A DNA stretch of 40,000 nucleotides from Roseibium sp. TrichSKD4 (GCF_000148725.1 NZ_GL476316.1:4605-44604); one strand, 5' to 3'. Shown: positions 24,264 to 33,500, numbered from the stretch's first letter. Program-made: numbers and translations. The notes: generated by a model not told the origin, from the sequence alone.

Positions 24264-24629
24264 TTATTGAACAGCGCGCACTTGAATGAAGTTGCCAGCC
24301 AACTCATTCACGTGAGGGGCGATATCTTCCAGATCGCCCGGCCAGACAAGCCGATCTTCCGACACCTCAGCCAAGCGAGTGACGGCCATAGCGGGCACGT
24401 CGTCTTTACTTGCATCAACGGCACCAATGGAAATGGCGGCCGCCACTTTCGCGCCCCCTTCCGCCGCCGGGTCAAGTTTCACATACTTGCCCTCAACTTC
24501 CGCAACCACTTCACCGGGCAGGAATTTGCCGCCGGAAAATGGCTTGGTTTCAAGGGAAAGGCTTCCATTGGCCGCAGACTGGATAAACTCGGCCGTGCGC
24601 GGGCCTTCATTAAAAGATGCACTTTTCAT
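24264..24629 (-). CDS. Head decoration protein (lambda gpD-like)
   Basis: 121 aa between the protease and capsid genes; ..GEVVAEVEGKYVKLDP....AAAISIGAVDAS...RLAEVSEDRLVWP resembles the gpD-family pattern. Confidence 0.65.
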   Translation of the reverse strand: MKSASFNEGPRTAEFIQSAANGSLSLETKPFSGGKFLPGEVVAEVEGKYVKLDPAAEGGAKVAAAISIGAVDASKDDVPAMAVTRLAEVSEDRLVWPGDLEDIAPHVNELAGNFIQVRAVQ

Positions 24630-24676
24630 TGCTCTTAAGTCCTTTGTGTTACGTCAGGCTTGGGGCAGGCAGGTCT

Positions 24677-25963
24677 TTACCCGCCGTTGATTTCCTTGAC
24701 GGCCGCATCCCAACTCGCTGTCGCATTTGCCGCCGCGTCCAAGGTCTGGGGTTGATGCGGGTTGACCGCTGCGGCGGCGTCGTTTCGGGCCGCCAGTTCC
24801 AAGACCAGCCGCCCCGCCTCTTCCACGCTCATTTTTCCCTTGATGGCCGCACCCACATCGAAAGAAACACCAAACTCATTTGCCTTGGCATAAGCTTGGA
24901 AAATCCCCTCTGCACGCGCTGTTTCTTTGGCAATGGCGGCTTCAAGGTCTGCCTGTCCGCTCGGCTCCTGCGGGGCCTGTGTGTTATTAGCTGCCTCTTC
25001 CGGCTGCGGGGGCGTTCCGGCCTGCGGATCAACCTGGGCCGTTTCTGCCTGACCGCCGGTTGCAGGTCGGTCTTCGCCGTTTCCAGCACTTACCTTTGCT
25101 GTCAGTCTGGCCAGCATGTCGCGCATGGGTTCCATCTGATCAACAAGACCCGCTGCAACCGCTTTTTCGCCCCTAAATATCTGGGCCTGCAAACCAGCTA
25201 CCGCGTCCTTTTTCATGCCCCGGTGGTCTGCCACCATCTGACAAAAATCATCGTTCATACCATCAACATCAGCTTGGATACGAGCCGCTGCATCCTCGCT
25301 CATGGCCGTAAACGGGCTGGCGTCGTCCTTGGCCGCTCCGGCCTTGAAAACGTGATATTTTACGCCGCTCTTTTCAGCTGCTCCGCTTACATCCTGCACC
25401 ATGGCAATGACACCAATCGACCCGGCAAGCCCTGTACGGGCAATGGAGATTTCAGACGCCGCGCTCCCAATACCAAATCCAGCCGAAAGAGCCGCTTCAT
25501 TGATATGCGCCCAAAGGGGTTTTCCAGACTGTTCAGCCGCGTCCCGCATGGCGCGGGCGGTATCTTCAAGACCCTGCGACGGGCCGCCATAGCAGTCGAT
25601 CTCCAAGAGAACCGCCTTGACGCCCGGATGGGTCACCGCTTCCTCAACTGTTTCCAGCAACGCTGGATAGGACATATACCCACATTCCCGGTGCCACCCC
25701 CTTGAAGTGCGAGACAGGGCACCACTGACACGGATGACCGCAACCCCTTCGCTCGTAACATAAGCGCCCGGAATATTGGGCCGCTCCTGCCCGGCGAACA
25801 TCAAATTGACATTTGTGGGTTTGGTTTCCAGATCAGCGGCGAACTGGTTAGCCTCGCTGACGATTTGCGCCTCAAGACTGGTAAAGGCGTCCAGATGGCT
25901 GGCAGGCACGGCCAAGGGTTCGTTGCACCACTGTGCAACGGTGTGATATAGGTCAATTTTCAT
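24677..25963 (-). CDS. Prohead protease, S49 (SppA/ClpP-fold) family, lambda gpC-like, with C-terminal scaffold-like region
   Basis: VLLEIDCYGG, AALSAGFGIGSAA (catalytic Ser context) and GSIGV blocks; C-terminal third is Ala/Glu/Gln-rich like the Nu3 scaffold. Confidence 0.85.
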   Translation of the reverse strand: MKIDLYHTVAQWCNEPLAVPASHLDAFTSLEAQIVSEANQFAADLETKPTNVNLMFAGQERPNIPGAYVTSEGVAVIRVSGALSRTSRGWHRECGYMSYPALLETVEEAVTHPGVKAVLLEIDCYGGPSQGLEDTARAMRDAAEQSGKPLWAHINEAALSAGFGIGSAASEISIARTGLAGSIGVIAMVQDVSGAAEKSGVKYHVFKAGAAKDDASPFTAMSEDAAARIQADVDGMNDDFCQMVADHRGMKKDAVAGLQAQIFRGEKAVAAGLVDQMEPMRDMLARLTAKVSAGNGEDRPATGGQAETAQVDPQAGTPPQPEEAANNTQAPQEPSGQADLEAAIAKETARAEGIFQAYAKANEFGVSFDVGAAIKGKMSVEEAGRLVLELAARNDAAAAVNPHQPQTLDAAANATASWDAAVKEINGG

Positions 25964-25980
25964 TGGAAGTTCCCTTTATT

Positions 25981-27378
25981 TCAGGCTTCGTTATCTGCCC
26001 AAAAGTCTGTGCTTTCCCGCTCTAGTTCCCGGTCCACGTCCTCGATATCAAGGCCGCGTTCTGCCAGCGCCTCGGTGCGGGATTTCAGTTTCAGTTTCAG
26101 TTCTTTTTCAACGGCCGACACATCCTTGGCCGGGTCCACCCATTCTTGCCGGGGCGGGAGATACTTGACGCGGGGCGGCACATGAGCGGGCAAAAGGCGA
26201 CCCGACAAAAGGCCGACCGTATGGAACCGCTCCACCACCGGGCGGCACAACTGAGGCATCAGGACGGTGCATGTCCAAGACTTCACCTGTCGTCGGAAGC
26301 GAACAATATCAGTCCTGACATTTGAGAAATTCCCACGTGACGGGTCGGCACTCAAATAGGAGTATGGCAGGCCAAGGGCCGCCGATATCCGCAAGAGTTG
26401 CCGATATTGCCAAGCCTCGTAAGACCCGCCCACATCAGCCGTAGAGATTGCCTTTACGTCCTCGCCTTCATTCAATTTCACCACGGTTCCGGTTTTCAAA
26501 GGGTCCAATAGTTCATCATCATCATCGGGCCGGGTGGAAGGTTCCGGGGCTTCGTCATTGTCCTCATCATCAGACCAGCCATCCCTCTGATCATTTTGAG
26601 TGATGGCAAGAGCAAAGGCCGCAGCCACACGCTTGCGGTCCATTTCATTGTCATCATAGGAGCGCAGCATATGCAAAGGCATGATAGCTTTTGCATATCG
26701 ACTAACCCCACGGATTTGACCGGCGCATTTGGGGTCCATCACATGAAGAACATCACTTGCGGGCACCCGCACACGCTTAAGCCCTGTCACCGTTCCGGGG
26801 CGTTGATCGCCCGGATGCTGGGGAAAAAAGTGATAGGCCAGCCGCTGCCCCAATGCGTTAAACTCTATTCCCGCCTTGATAAAGCGTCCGCCGGATTGAA
26901 CCTCATCAAAGCTCGTATCAAGCATTTCGCTTTGATAGACCTGCAACTGAAAGGGCATGGCCGTCATGTCGCCCGGTCGCCGGGACCGAAAGCGGACAAA
27001 ACACTCTCCGGCGACAAAGGCTTCACGGGCAATGAGGCTTTGAAGGCCATAAAAGTCCAAAAGCCCGTCCGCGTCCGCAACTTCATTCCAAAGCTGCCAT
27101 TCATTCAGCCAGTGTTCGCGGTCCTTTTGATTATCAAGGTTTGGGCGGGGCTTGATACCATCACCCACGACCATGGTTTGCCAAAGGTCTGCCGCATGGC
27201 CACCATAACCGTCATTATAGTCCAGATACCGCGCACGGGCGGTCAAGGTCGCCCCGGACGCCCGGATCAATGCGTTGACGTGGTGACGGGCGGGGGCAAA
27301 TTCCTGCACCCTGCGCCCCATTCCACCCGCTTCAAAACCTTGGGATTTTCCGAAAAACAACCGGAACGGATTGAACAT
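25981..27378 (-). CDS. Portal protein, lambda gpB family
   Basis: 465 aa between gpW and the protease; acidic insert DDEDNDEAPEPSTRPDDDDE; gene order W-B-C as in lambda. Confidence 0.8.
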   Translation of the reverse strand: MFNPFRLFFGKSQGFEAGGMGRRVQEFAPARHHVNALIRASGATLTARARYLDYNDGYGGHAADLWQTMVVGDGIKPRPNLDNQKDREHWLNEWQLWNEVADADGLLDFYGLQSLIAREAFVAGECFVRFRSRRPGDMTAMPFQLQVYQSEMLDTSFDEVQSGGRFIKAGIEFNALGQRLAYHFFPQHPGDQRPGTVTGLKRVRVPASDVLHVMDPKCAGQIRGVSRYAKAIMPLHMLRSYDDNEMDRKRVAAAFALAITQNDQRDGWSDDEDNDEAPEPSTRPDDDDELLDPLKTGTVVKLNEGEDVKAISTADVGGSYEAWQYRQLLRISAALGLPYSYLSADPSRGNFSNVRTDIVRFRRQVKSWTCTVLMPQLCRPVVERFHTVGLLSGRLLPAHVPPRVKYLPPRQEWVDPAKDVSAVEKELKLKLKSRTEALAERGLDIEDVDRELERESTDFWADNEA

Positions 27379-27591
27379 TTAGAAAATCCCCCGGTCAACT
27401 TGCGGATTAAAGAGACGCCGACGGCGGCCCTTTTTTTTCGCCTTGCGTTGCAGCTCTTGCGCAATTTCCGTCAATTCCGGCAAGGGTCGGTATTTGACGG
27501 TCTTGTCGCCGTCGCGGATTTCCGAAACCCCTTCGGAAATGACACCTTGCAGGGTTTTCAGGTTTTGTTTGGTTTCGTCCTGATCAGACAT
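27379..27591 (-). CDS. Head-to-tail joining protein, lambda gpW-like
   Basis: 70 aa; overlaps the terminase stop; ..IRDGDKTVKYRPLPELTEIAQELQRK.. parallels lambda gpW (..[25 protein letters not shown]). Confidence 0.65.
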   Translation of the reverse strand: MSDQDETKQNLKTLQGVISEGVSEIRDGDKTVKYRPLPELTEIAQELQRKAKKKGRRRRLFNPQVDRGIF

Positions 27592-29467
27592 GAGCGCCCC
27601 TTTCCTCTTGGCCGTTCAGGTCTTCCCCGCTCAAGCCGCACATATTGATTTTTGCCTTCTGGGCACGGGTAACGGCGGCCCGTTCGCTCATCGAAACACA
27701 GCGTTTATTCAGGCGCAGACCAAGAGAAATACAGCCTTGCAGGGCCGAATAGGCATAGACCCGGCAATCCAGCGCCTCGTTCCGTTTTCGCAGCGCATGC
27801 CAGTAGAATTGCCGTTGGCCGCGCACATATTTAACCCGCTTTTCCTCAGCCGTTATCTGCTCGAAATATTCCAAGTCCCGGCCTTTCGGGAAATGGCAGG
27901 CTCCCGCTCCCGTATGCCCGGCAAGGTCCAGCCGCTTCATGACCACATCTTTTGCAGACGAAACCCCGATGGAATAAAGCGGAACCTTGCCCTTGTTCTT
28001 GGTTTTGGGACGGCGCGGCCAGACCGGTGCGCCAAAGACGTTCGACCCCTTGATGCCCCATATTTTCCGGCCATGACGCGGGCCTACAAACTTGTAAGCC
28101 GCCTGTGTCCGGCTTCCTCCGGTATCGACACAGGCCGCCGTCACCGGCATGCCACTTTCAGGAAAAGCCGCTGACGGCCAGCGTTGCTGCAAATAGTCGT
28201 CAAGCTGTTTCCAGACTTCCGGCTGATCCGGGTCGCCATAAAAGGCGCGGTAATCAACCGACCAGCTTTCTTCATCAACGCCCCAGCCGACCAACTCCAC
28301 TTCCAAGCGGTCCTCCTGTACGTCCACTCCGGCGGTCAGGATCGCAATCCGGTCATTCAGGACCGCACCGAACGGCTCGCGGGCCGCCAAGAGCTTGTCA
28401 CTTTCAACCTTTTCGCCCGTATCTTCCCAAGGCTCTCCGAGAACCGTGTTAATGAACACCTTGCGCTTTTCATTATTGACCGTGCCATCCGGCCGGTGAC
28501 AGGCCAGCCAGTCACGCGCCACATCTACCCAGCTCAGCCAAGGCGAATAAAGCGCGGAAAGGTGATAGGAACGATAGCCCGGCCGCTGGCTCTCAGCCGT
28601 TGGCACCCACTCGCCTTTTTCCAGAAGCACCCGTTTTTCGTGTTCATAGTGCTTGTGGTTACAATCAGGGCAGACATAACAGGCAGTTTCCGGTTGCCCT
28701 TTATCCCATTGAATGCTCTGCCATTTTATCGGATGGCACGCCCCGCAGGCGGTGCATGGAACCTCATAATACCGCTGATCGCCCAGAAGGAAGGCTTGCA
28801 GGATACGTGATATTGCCGTCTCATTCGGGGTCGAAAGGGTCAAGATTTTGGAGCGCGGAAAGTTCCGACACCTGACCTTCGCCAACTCATAAGGATCACC
28901 TTCCTTGCCCGCAGACAATGGATAAGCGTCCTGTTCGTCCCCGATCAACCAGCGGATGGGTAACGACCGCAATCCCGCAGGGGAATGGGCACCTACCAGC
29001 GTGACAAACCCGCCCGGAAAATCCTTGTAGGTTTTAGTGTTTTTCGCATCCCGCGATTTTTGATCGCCAATTTTGGCCTTGAGTGCCGGGGTGCTTTCAA
29101 TCATCGGGGTCAGGCGGGTTTCGCTGATTTTCTCCGCCGTTGGCACATCAGGCATACAGTACATTAAAGGACCGGGCGAATAATCGACCGCATACCCGAT
29201 TGTATTCAAAGCCACTTCCGTGACACCGACCTGTGCCCCTTTCATGACCGCAACTTCTTGCACATCCTCATAGACCGACATGCAGTCCATGATTTCCTTC
29301 AGGGGCGGAAAGCGTTTGGTGCGCCACTTGCCCGGCTCGGCGCTGGCCTTGCCTGACAAAAAGCGTTTTTCATCGGCCCATTGGGAAACAGACTGCACCG
29401 GATCGGGCCGCACCCCATCGGCAAAGACCTGCCGCAAGAGGGTCGCGTCATCAGGATTGTAATGCAT
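27584..29467 (-). CDS. Terminase large subunit, lambda GpA family
   Basis: VSQWADEKRFLSGKASAEPGKWRTKRFPPLKEIMDCMS and VMKGAQVGVTE (Walker A-like) match the GpA N-terminal signature; 627 aa. Confidence 0.9.
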   Translation of the reverse strand: MHYNPDDATLLRQVFADGVRPDPVQSVSQWADEKRFLSGKASAEPGKWRTKRFPPLKEIMDCMSVYEDVQEVAVMKGAQVGVTEVALNTIGYAVDYSPGPLMYCMPDVPTAEKISETRLTPMIESTPALKAKIGDQKSRDAKNTKTYKDFPGGFVTLVGAHSPAGLRSLPIRWLIGDEQDAYPLSAGKEGDPYELAKVRCRNFPRSKILTLSTPNETAISRILQAFLLGDQRYYEVPCTACGACHPIKWQSIQWDKGQPETACYVCPDCNHKHYEHEKRVLLEKGEWVPTAESQRPGYRSYHLSALYSPWLSWVDVARDWLACHRPDGTVNNEKRKVFINTVLGEPWEDTGEKVESDKLLAAREPFGAVLNDRIAILTAGVDVQEDRLEVELVGWGVDEESWSVDYRAFYGDPDQPEVWKQLDDYLQQRWPSAAFPESGMPVTAACVDTGGSRTQAAYKFVGPRHGRKIWGIKGSNVFGAPVWPRRPKTKNKGKVPLYSIGVSSAKDVVMKRLDLAGHTGAGACHFPKGRDLEYFEQITAEEKRVKYVRGQRQFYWHALRKRNEALDCRVYAYSALQGCISLGLRLNKRCVSMSERAAVTRAQKAKINMCGLSGEDLNGQEERGAHV

Positions 29468-29522
29468 GCCACCCCCTTGGCCCGATTATTACCGGCAAGG
29501 GATACTTTGCCGGGTCTTGCAG

Positions 29523-30350
29523 CTATGCGACTGGCCCTGCGAAGTTTGACACAATCAACTCACGAGCTTTTGTTGGGCCTTTAGATGATAGTGAATAGGT
29601 CAGGCTTACCGGCTGAATGGTTAGCCCTTCAAAGACCTGCCGCGTTTCCAAAGTGTCATTTATGGACAGGATCATTTTACCCTTGGCCGAACGCATCATT
29701 CCGGCAAGCACTTCAAAATCCGACCGCGTAAAGAGGTTTTTGCCATAGTCGTTTTCACAGCCATAATACGGCGGATCGCAGTAAATCAGCGCGTTCGGTC
29801 GGTCATATTTCGGAATAAACTGGTCAAAGCTCAGGTTTTCAATGACAACCCCGCTCAACCGTTCGTAAACATCTTCCAGCATAGGCGTCAGAGTGGCTAA
29901 ATTGAACCTGCTACCCCGGTCGGGGTCGATGCCAAAATTTTGCCCGGTCACTTTCCCGCCAAATGCCAAGCGCTGCATGTAAAGGAACCGGATGGCTCGT
30001 TCCAGATCAGTCAAGGTGGTCGGGTCAGTCCTTTTAAGCCTCTCAAACTCCCGACGGCTAGTAATCTGGAATTTGATACATTCCAGAAATTGCGGGTAAT
30101 GGCGCTGCAATATGCGAAACAGGTTCGCAACATCGCCGGAATAGTCATTGATTATTTCACTTTTTGCCTGATTTTTTCGCCGGAAAAAGACCCCGCCCAT
30201 CCCCACAAATGCTTCGGCATATATTTTATGCTCAACCGACTGGATCATCTGGCAAAGGCGTTTTGCCAGAAGTCTTTTTCCACCAACCCAAGGGGCCGGT
30301 GGAAGGCAGGCGGCCGTATTGTTCTGTTCTGTTTCGATTGACTCTTTCAT
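29523..30350 (-). CDS. dam: DNA N6-adenine methyltransferase, Dam/D12 class
   Basis: N-terminal PWVGGKRLLA, FVGMGGVFF (SAM site) and catalytic DPPY in LIYCDPPYYG. Confidence 0.85.
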   Translation of the reverse strand: MKESIETEQNNTAACLPPAPWVGGKRLLAKRLCQMIQSVEHKIYAEAFVGMGGVFFRRKNQAKSEIINDYSGDVANLFRILQRHYPQFLECIKFQITSRREFERLKRTDPTTLTDLERAIRFLYMQRLAFGGKVTGQNFGIDPDRGSRFNLATLTPMLEDVYERLSGVVIENLSFDQFIPKYDRPNALIYCDPPYYGCENDYGKNLFTRSDFEVLAGMMRSAKGKMILSINDTLETRQVFEGLTIQPVSLTYSLSSKGPTKARELIVSNFAGPVA

Positions 30351-30534
30351 GCTGCACCTCTAAGGCACCCCTTGTTGTGCTGAAATTCAACCCGAAAAGG
30401 TTGGATGCAGGGGTGATGATACGGCTTTCCGACATCGACCGGCCGCGTGATCGCAAAATGCGCCGGTTACCGGGGTGCTTCAACACCCCGGCCCCAGCGC
30501 ACAGGCCGGGTAATTCTGGATCGTTTTTGCCTGC

Positions 30535-31143
30535 CTATTTGTCCGGCAAGACCAGCACCACGTCGCTTGCTTCTTCCAAATGCTCGCGCAAGTGCCGTTC
30601 AAGCACGGCCATCAATTTGCGTGGCTCCACCTGCAATTCATTGGCAATTTCCAGACCGCGCCGGTCTGCAAAACTCACCAGACCCGATTTGAAGGTATTT
30701 GCCATGTCGTGGACCGCCTTTAGGGTCTGGGCTTTACTGATCAAAGACCCTGACTGTTCGGCTTCCTTGGTTTCACTAATCCGTCGTTCAGACGCTGTTT
30801 TGAGGGTCTTTTCCTTCAAATACCGGACTGTCAGATGGTTGGCGTCTTCCAAGGACAGGGGCGTATCATCATCTTGTTCATCGTCCACCTCGTCGGGGTC
30901 ATCACCCAAAATCAGGTCTATAATGCCATCCTCACCCGTTTTGTCGGTTAGTGCGGCAGGAACAAAATCACCTGTCAGGCGCACCTTGGCCGGGTCTCGG
31001 CTTGCCATAAATTCTTCGGCAGCTTTTTGCGCGTCCGGTATTTTACCGTTCTCGTCCAGCGTGATCCGACCACTTTTGACGGCCTTGGAAATCGCATTGG
31101 GAGACACGCACGCAGCCTTGGCAACATCGCGCATAGAGGCCAT
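30535..31143 (-). CDS. Putative terminase small subunit (Nu1-like, N-terminal HTH)
   Basis: N-terminal MRDVAKAACVSPNAISKAVKSGRI HTH, acidic linker, helical C-half; located in the packaging module upstream of dam and terL. Confidence 0.5.
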   Translation of the reverse strand: MASMRDVAKAACVSPNAISKAVKSGRITLDENGKIPDAQKAAEEFMASRDPAKVRLTGDFVPAALTDKTGEDGIIDLILGDDPDEVDDEQDDDTPLSLEDANHLTVRYLKEKTLKTASERRISETKEAEQSGSLISKAQTLKAVHDMANTFKSGLVSFADRRGLEIANELQVEPRKLMAVLERHLREHLEEASDVVLVLPDK

Positions 31144-31146
31144 GGA

Positions 31147-31695
31147 TTACCCCTTCTTGCCGTTGACCGCCCTGTCCAGTTCTCGCAAGGCGTTGGTGCG
31201 CAGACGTTCATTTGCAAAGTCTTCAAGACCTTCCATCACGTCAGGGCGGCCCATGGTCTGCGCAACGCCCGGCCCGTATAGTTTCTTGATCGGCAACCGC
31301 TTTTTTCCAACCCGCTGGAAAATGTGTTCTCCAAGGGAGGGAGCTGCAAAGGCTTTTTTAAATGTCTGTTTGTCACCCCAGATTTTGGCAACAACACCCG
31401 CCTTTGTCCGACGGGTTTTAAATTCCTTCAAGGATAAGGGTTTTCCGTATCCTGTCAGGGTCGCAGACAAATTGCCATTTGTCGCCTTGCGGGGTCTGAG
31501 ACTTGCCTTGACCTTCTTGGAAGGGATGCCGGATTTTTCCCGGATATCCTTCGCAGATCGTGTGGTGACGTTTTTCAAGGTGGCATTGATTGCTGATCGC
31601 AGTGCCCAATTAAGGCGGGGCCGTTTCAGGCGCGCTGCCAAGTCCAGCGCCGGACCGTTATCAATATCCAGTTCCAATTCAAGTCTAGCAGGCAT
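31147..31695 (-). CDS. Lambda gpZ-like tail completion protein
   Basis: AINATLKNVTTRSAKDIREK... and FQRVGKKRLPIKKLYGPGVAQ parallel lambda gpZ (AINRVASSAISQSASQVARE.., MQRVAGKNRYPIDVVKIP). ATG 31695 chosen. Confidence 0.55.
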   Translation of the reverse strand: MPARLELELDIDNGPALDLAARLKRPRLNWALRSAINATLKNVTTRSAKDIREKSGIPSKKVKASLRPRKATNGNLSATLTGYGKPLSLKEFKTRRTKAGVVAKIWGDKQTFKKAFAAPSLGEHIFQRVGKKRLPIKKLYGPGVAQTMGRPDVMEGLEDFANERLRTNALRELDRAVNGKKG

Positions 31696-31867
31696 GGTAT
31701 GGCCGAAGCTCTTTCTGTTTGTTGGAACGGCGGAGATTGTTCTCATTGCTCTGCTGAATAAGTGATTTCAAAGCATCTACATCGGAAACGTGCTTAACGG
31801 ACGCGATCTGGTCGTTATTGAACATCAGCGCGTAATCGCTATTTGAAAGTTTGATGAGTTCAAACAT
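31685..31867 (-). CDS. Hypothetical protein (60 aa)
   Basis: ORF track; ATG start; overlaps neighbours on both sides in the operon; no motif. Confidence 0.35.
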   Translation of the reverse strand: MFELIKLSNSDYALMFNNDQIASVKHVSDVDALKSLIQQSNENNLRRSNKQKELRPYHAC

Positions 31868-32138
31868 GGCCTACCCTTTCGATACCAACCAAGACCCCAT
31901 TGTCTTCACCGCCAAACCGGCACTCCATGGCGAGATAGTGACGGCCATGATCACACAAAACGTAAGGACCAAGTTCCCCGGCAAAGACCTCCCGGTGACC
32001 GTCCATGCATGTAAACCCGCTCACCTTCACCACGTCACCGGGGGCGATTTGGTCAAGGGTGCAGGCAGAAATGGGCATGGCCATCTCCTGAAACTGAGGC
32101 CCGGCGACCTTCAAATGAGCCAAGAGGGGGTGGCGCAT
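31860..32138 (-). CDS. Hypothetical protein; first gene of the late array
   Basis: ORF track; internal ATG 32078 has an AGGAG SD, so the true product may be 72 aa. Confidence 0.4.
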   Translation of the reverse strand: MRHPLLAHLKVAGPQFQEMAMPISACTLDQIAPGDVVKVSGFTCMDGHREVFAGELGPYVLCDHGRHYLAMECRFGGEDNGVLVGIERVGHV

Positions 32139-32400
32139 TCGGGTCAGCCGGGCGACCGGGGGGTGACAGTCCCCGGATAAGGGCGCTTTAGCGCTTATTT
32201 AATGATTTAGACAAAAGAAAAACCCGGCTCTTTCGAGAGAGCCGGGCTTGAGGAGACCCAATTAAACGTTGATTTTAATGTGTATTTGTGTGCCGCAATC
32301 CACAAAAAACCCGTTTTACTTAGGCATCCTCAATTTGACATTTACCGCTATTGCGCGCAAGTCTTTTTTTACAAAATCTCATTTTTCCACAAGGTACGAC
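32139..32400. other. Non-coding region next to the integrase: candidate attP and/or cos and regulatory region
   Basis: ~260 bp without credible ORF; AT-rich core AATTAAACGTTGATTTTAATGTGTATTTGTGTG with inverted ATTAAA/TTTAAT; two hairpins. Confidence 0.3.
32210..32246 (-). terminator. Rho-independent terminator at the head of the late gene array
   Basis: Minus strand CCCGGCUCU-CUCGAA-AGAGCCGGG (9-bp stem) followed by TTTTTCTTTTG. Confidence 0.65.
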
Positions 32401-33456
32401 GTGACACCTCACGCAAACAAGGCCAAATATCTCTTGGAAATGCCCCGCAAAAGCGGGCCAGTCTACTACGTCCAGACACGCAAGGGCGGGCGGGCTTTGC
32501 GCATACAGTCACCCGCTGACAGTTCGGAATTTTGGCCTGAATACGGGCGGCTTGTGGGCCGCGCCTTGTCTGATCCCGGCCCGATCAGCCCGACCACGGC
32601 ATGCGGGCGACACAAGATCGCCCAACTGATCAACGCCTATCGGCAGAGCCGGGATTTTACGTCCCTCAAGCCAAATACGCAAAAAACGTACTCTTGCGCA
32701 TTGAACAAGATTGCAGACCTGTTCGGAATACGGGAGTTTCGCACCCTCTCCCGGCAGGATATTCGCTTGGCCATGGATAACATGCCCATATATGCCGCCA
32801 ACCAGTTCTTGCAGCAAATACGGCAACTCAATGACTGGTGCGACCAGCGCGGCTATACAGATACGTTTCCAGCGGCCGGAATAAAATCACACGGCAAAAG
32901 CCGGACAGGGTTCCCGGCATGGTCACAAGAAGAAGTTGACACTTATTTGACCGCCCATCCTATCGGGACACAGGCCCGGCTCATGATTGATTTGCTGCGC
33001 TTCACCGGAATGCGGGTTGGCGATATTATTCGGCTGGGGCCGGATCATATCAGGGACGGATTTATTGCCATCACCTTGCAGAAAAACGGGGTGCCGGTCA
33101 CAATTCCGCTTAACCCGGACCTAGAAGTCAGCATTGACGCGACCACCCCGGACGGGGCCAAAACCTTCCTGACCTTGGACCGCTTCAAGCGGGCGTTTTC
33201 GTCAAGCAAGTATTTTGCTCAAACCTTCCGTGCCCATTGCCGGGCGGCCGGATTGGAGGGAACTGCGGCGCGGCGGGCTGTTTCGGGTCATGGTTTGCGC
33301 AAGTTCGCGCTGATTTCGGTTCTGGAAAATGGCGGCACGATCCGCGAGGCCCAAGCCCTTTTTGGCTGGCGGGACGCAGCCATGGTGCAGCACTATTCAG
33401 AAGAACTCGACCGCGAACGGGTTGGCCGGACACGCGGCCCGGACCTGATGCTGTGA
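32401..33456 (+). CDS. int: Tyrosine recombinase / phage integrase
   Basis: TGMRVGDI (Arg I), SGHGLRKF (H-x-x-R) and WRDAAMVQHY (catalytic Tyr) motifs. Start uncertain (GTG 32401 or ATG 32440); the track start at 32269 is unlikely. Confidence 0.85.
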   Translation: MTPHANKAKYLLEMPRKSGPVYYVQTRKGGRALRIQSPADSSEFWPEYGRLVGRALSDPGPISPTTACGRHKIAQLINAYRQSRDFTSLKPNTQKTYSCALNKIADLFGIREFRTLSRQDIRLAMDNMPIYAANQFLQQIRQLNDWCDQRGYTDTFPAAGIKSHGKSRTGFPAWSQEEVDTYLTAHPIGTQARLMIDLLRFTGMRVGDIIRLGPDHIRDGFIAITLQKNGVPVTIPLNPDLEVSIDATTPDGAKTFLTLDRFKRAFSSSKYFAQTFRAHCRAAGLEGTAARRAVSGHGLRKFALISVLENGGTIREAQALFGWRDAAMVQHYSEELDRERVGRTRGPDLML

Positions 33457-33464
33457 ACAGTATA

Positions 33465-33500
33465 GCCCGGCTATAACACGGGCCAATTGTTTTGTATTTC
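33465..33500 (+). terminator. Possible integrase terminator; overlaps palindrome TATAGCC-C-GGCTATA (33461-33475)
   Basis: GCCCG-N9-CGGGC followed by CAATTGTTTTGTATTT; weak stem. Confidence 0.3.

Noticed and set aside
24617-31765. Other long plus-strand ORFs over the head/packaging genes (24617-25705, 26596-27648, 27590-28174, 28184-28810, 30164-31765)
   Set aside because: Same reasoning. Each lies antisense to a gene with clear family motifs (S49 protease, portal, GpA terminase, Dam, TerS, gpZ-like), and their products are low-complexity.
32401-33456. Could the recombinase be a protelomerase of a linear plasmid prophage (as in N15, VP882 or PhiHAP-1)?
   Set aside because: Its length (about 340-350 aa) and motif layout are those of an ordinary tyrosine integrase, whereas protelomerases are much larger. 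No long perfect telomere-type palindrome was seen next to it; only a 7-bp-arm palindrome lies at 33461-33475.
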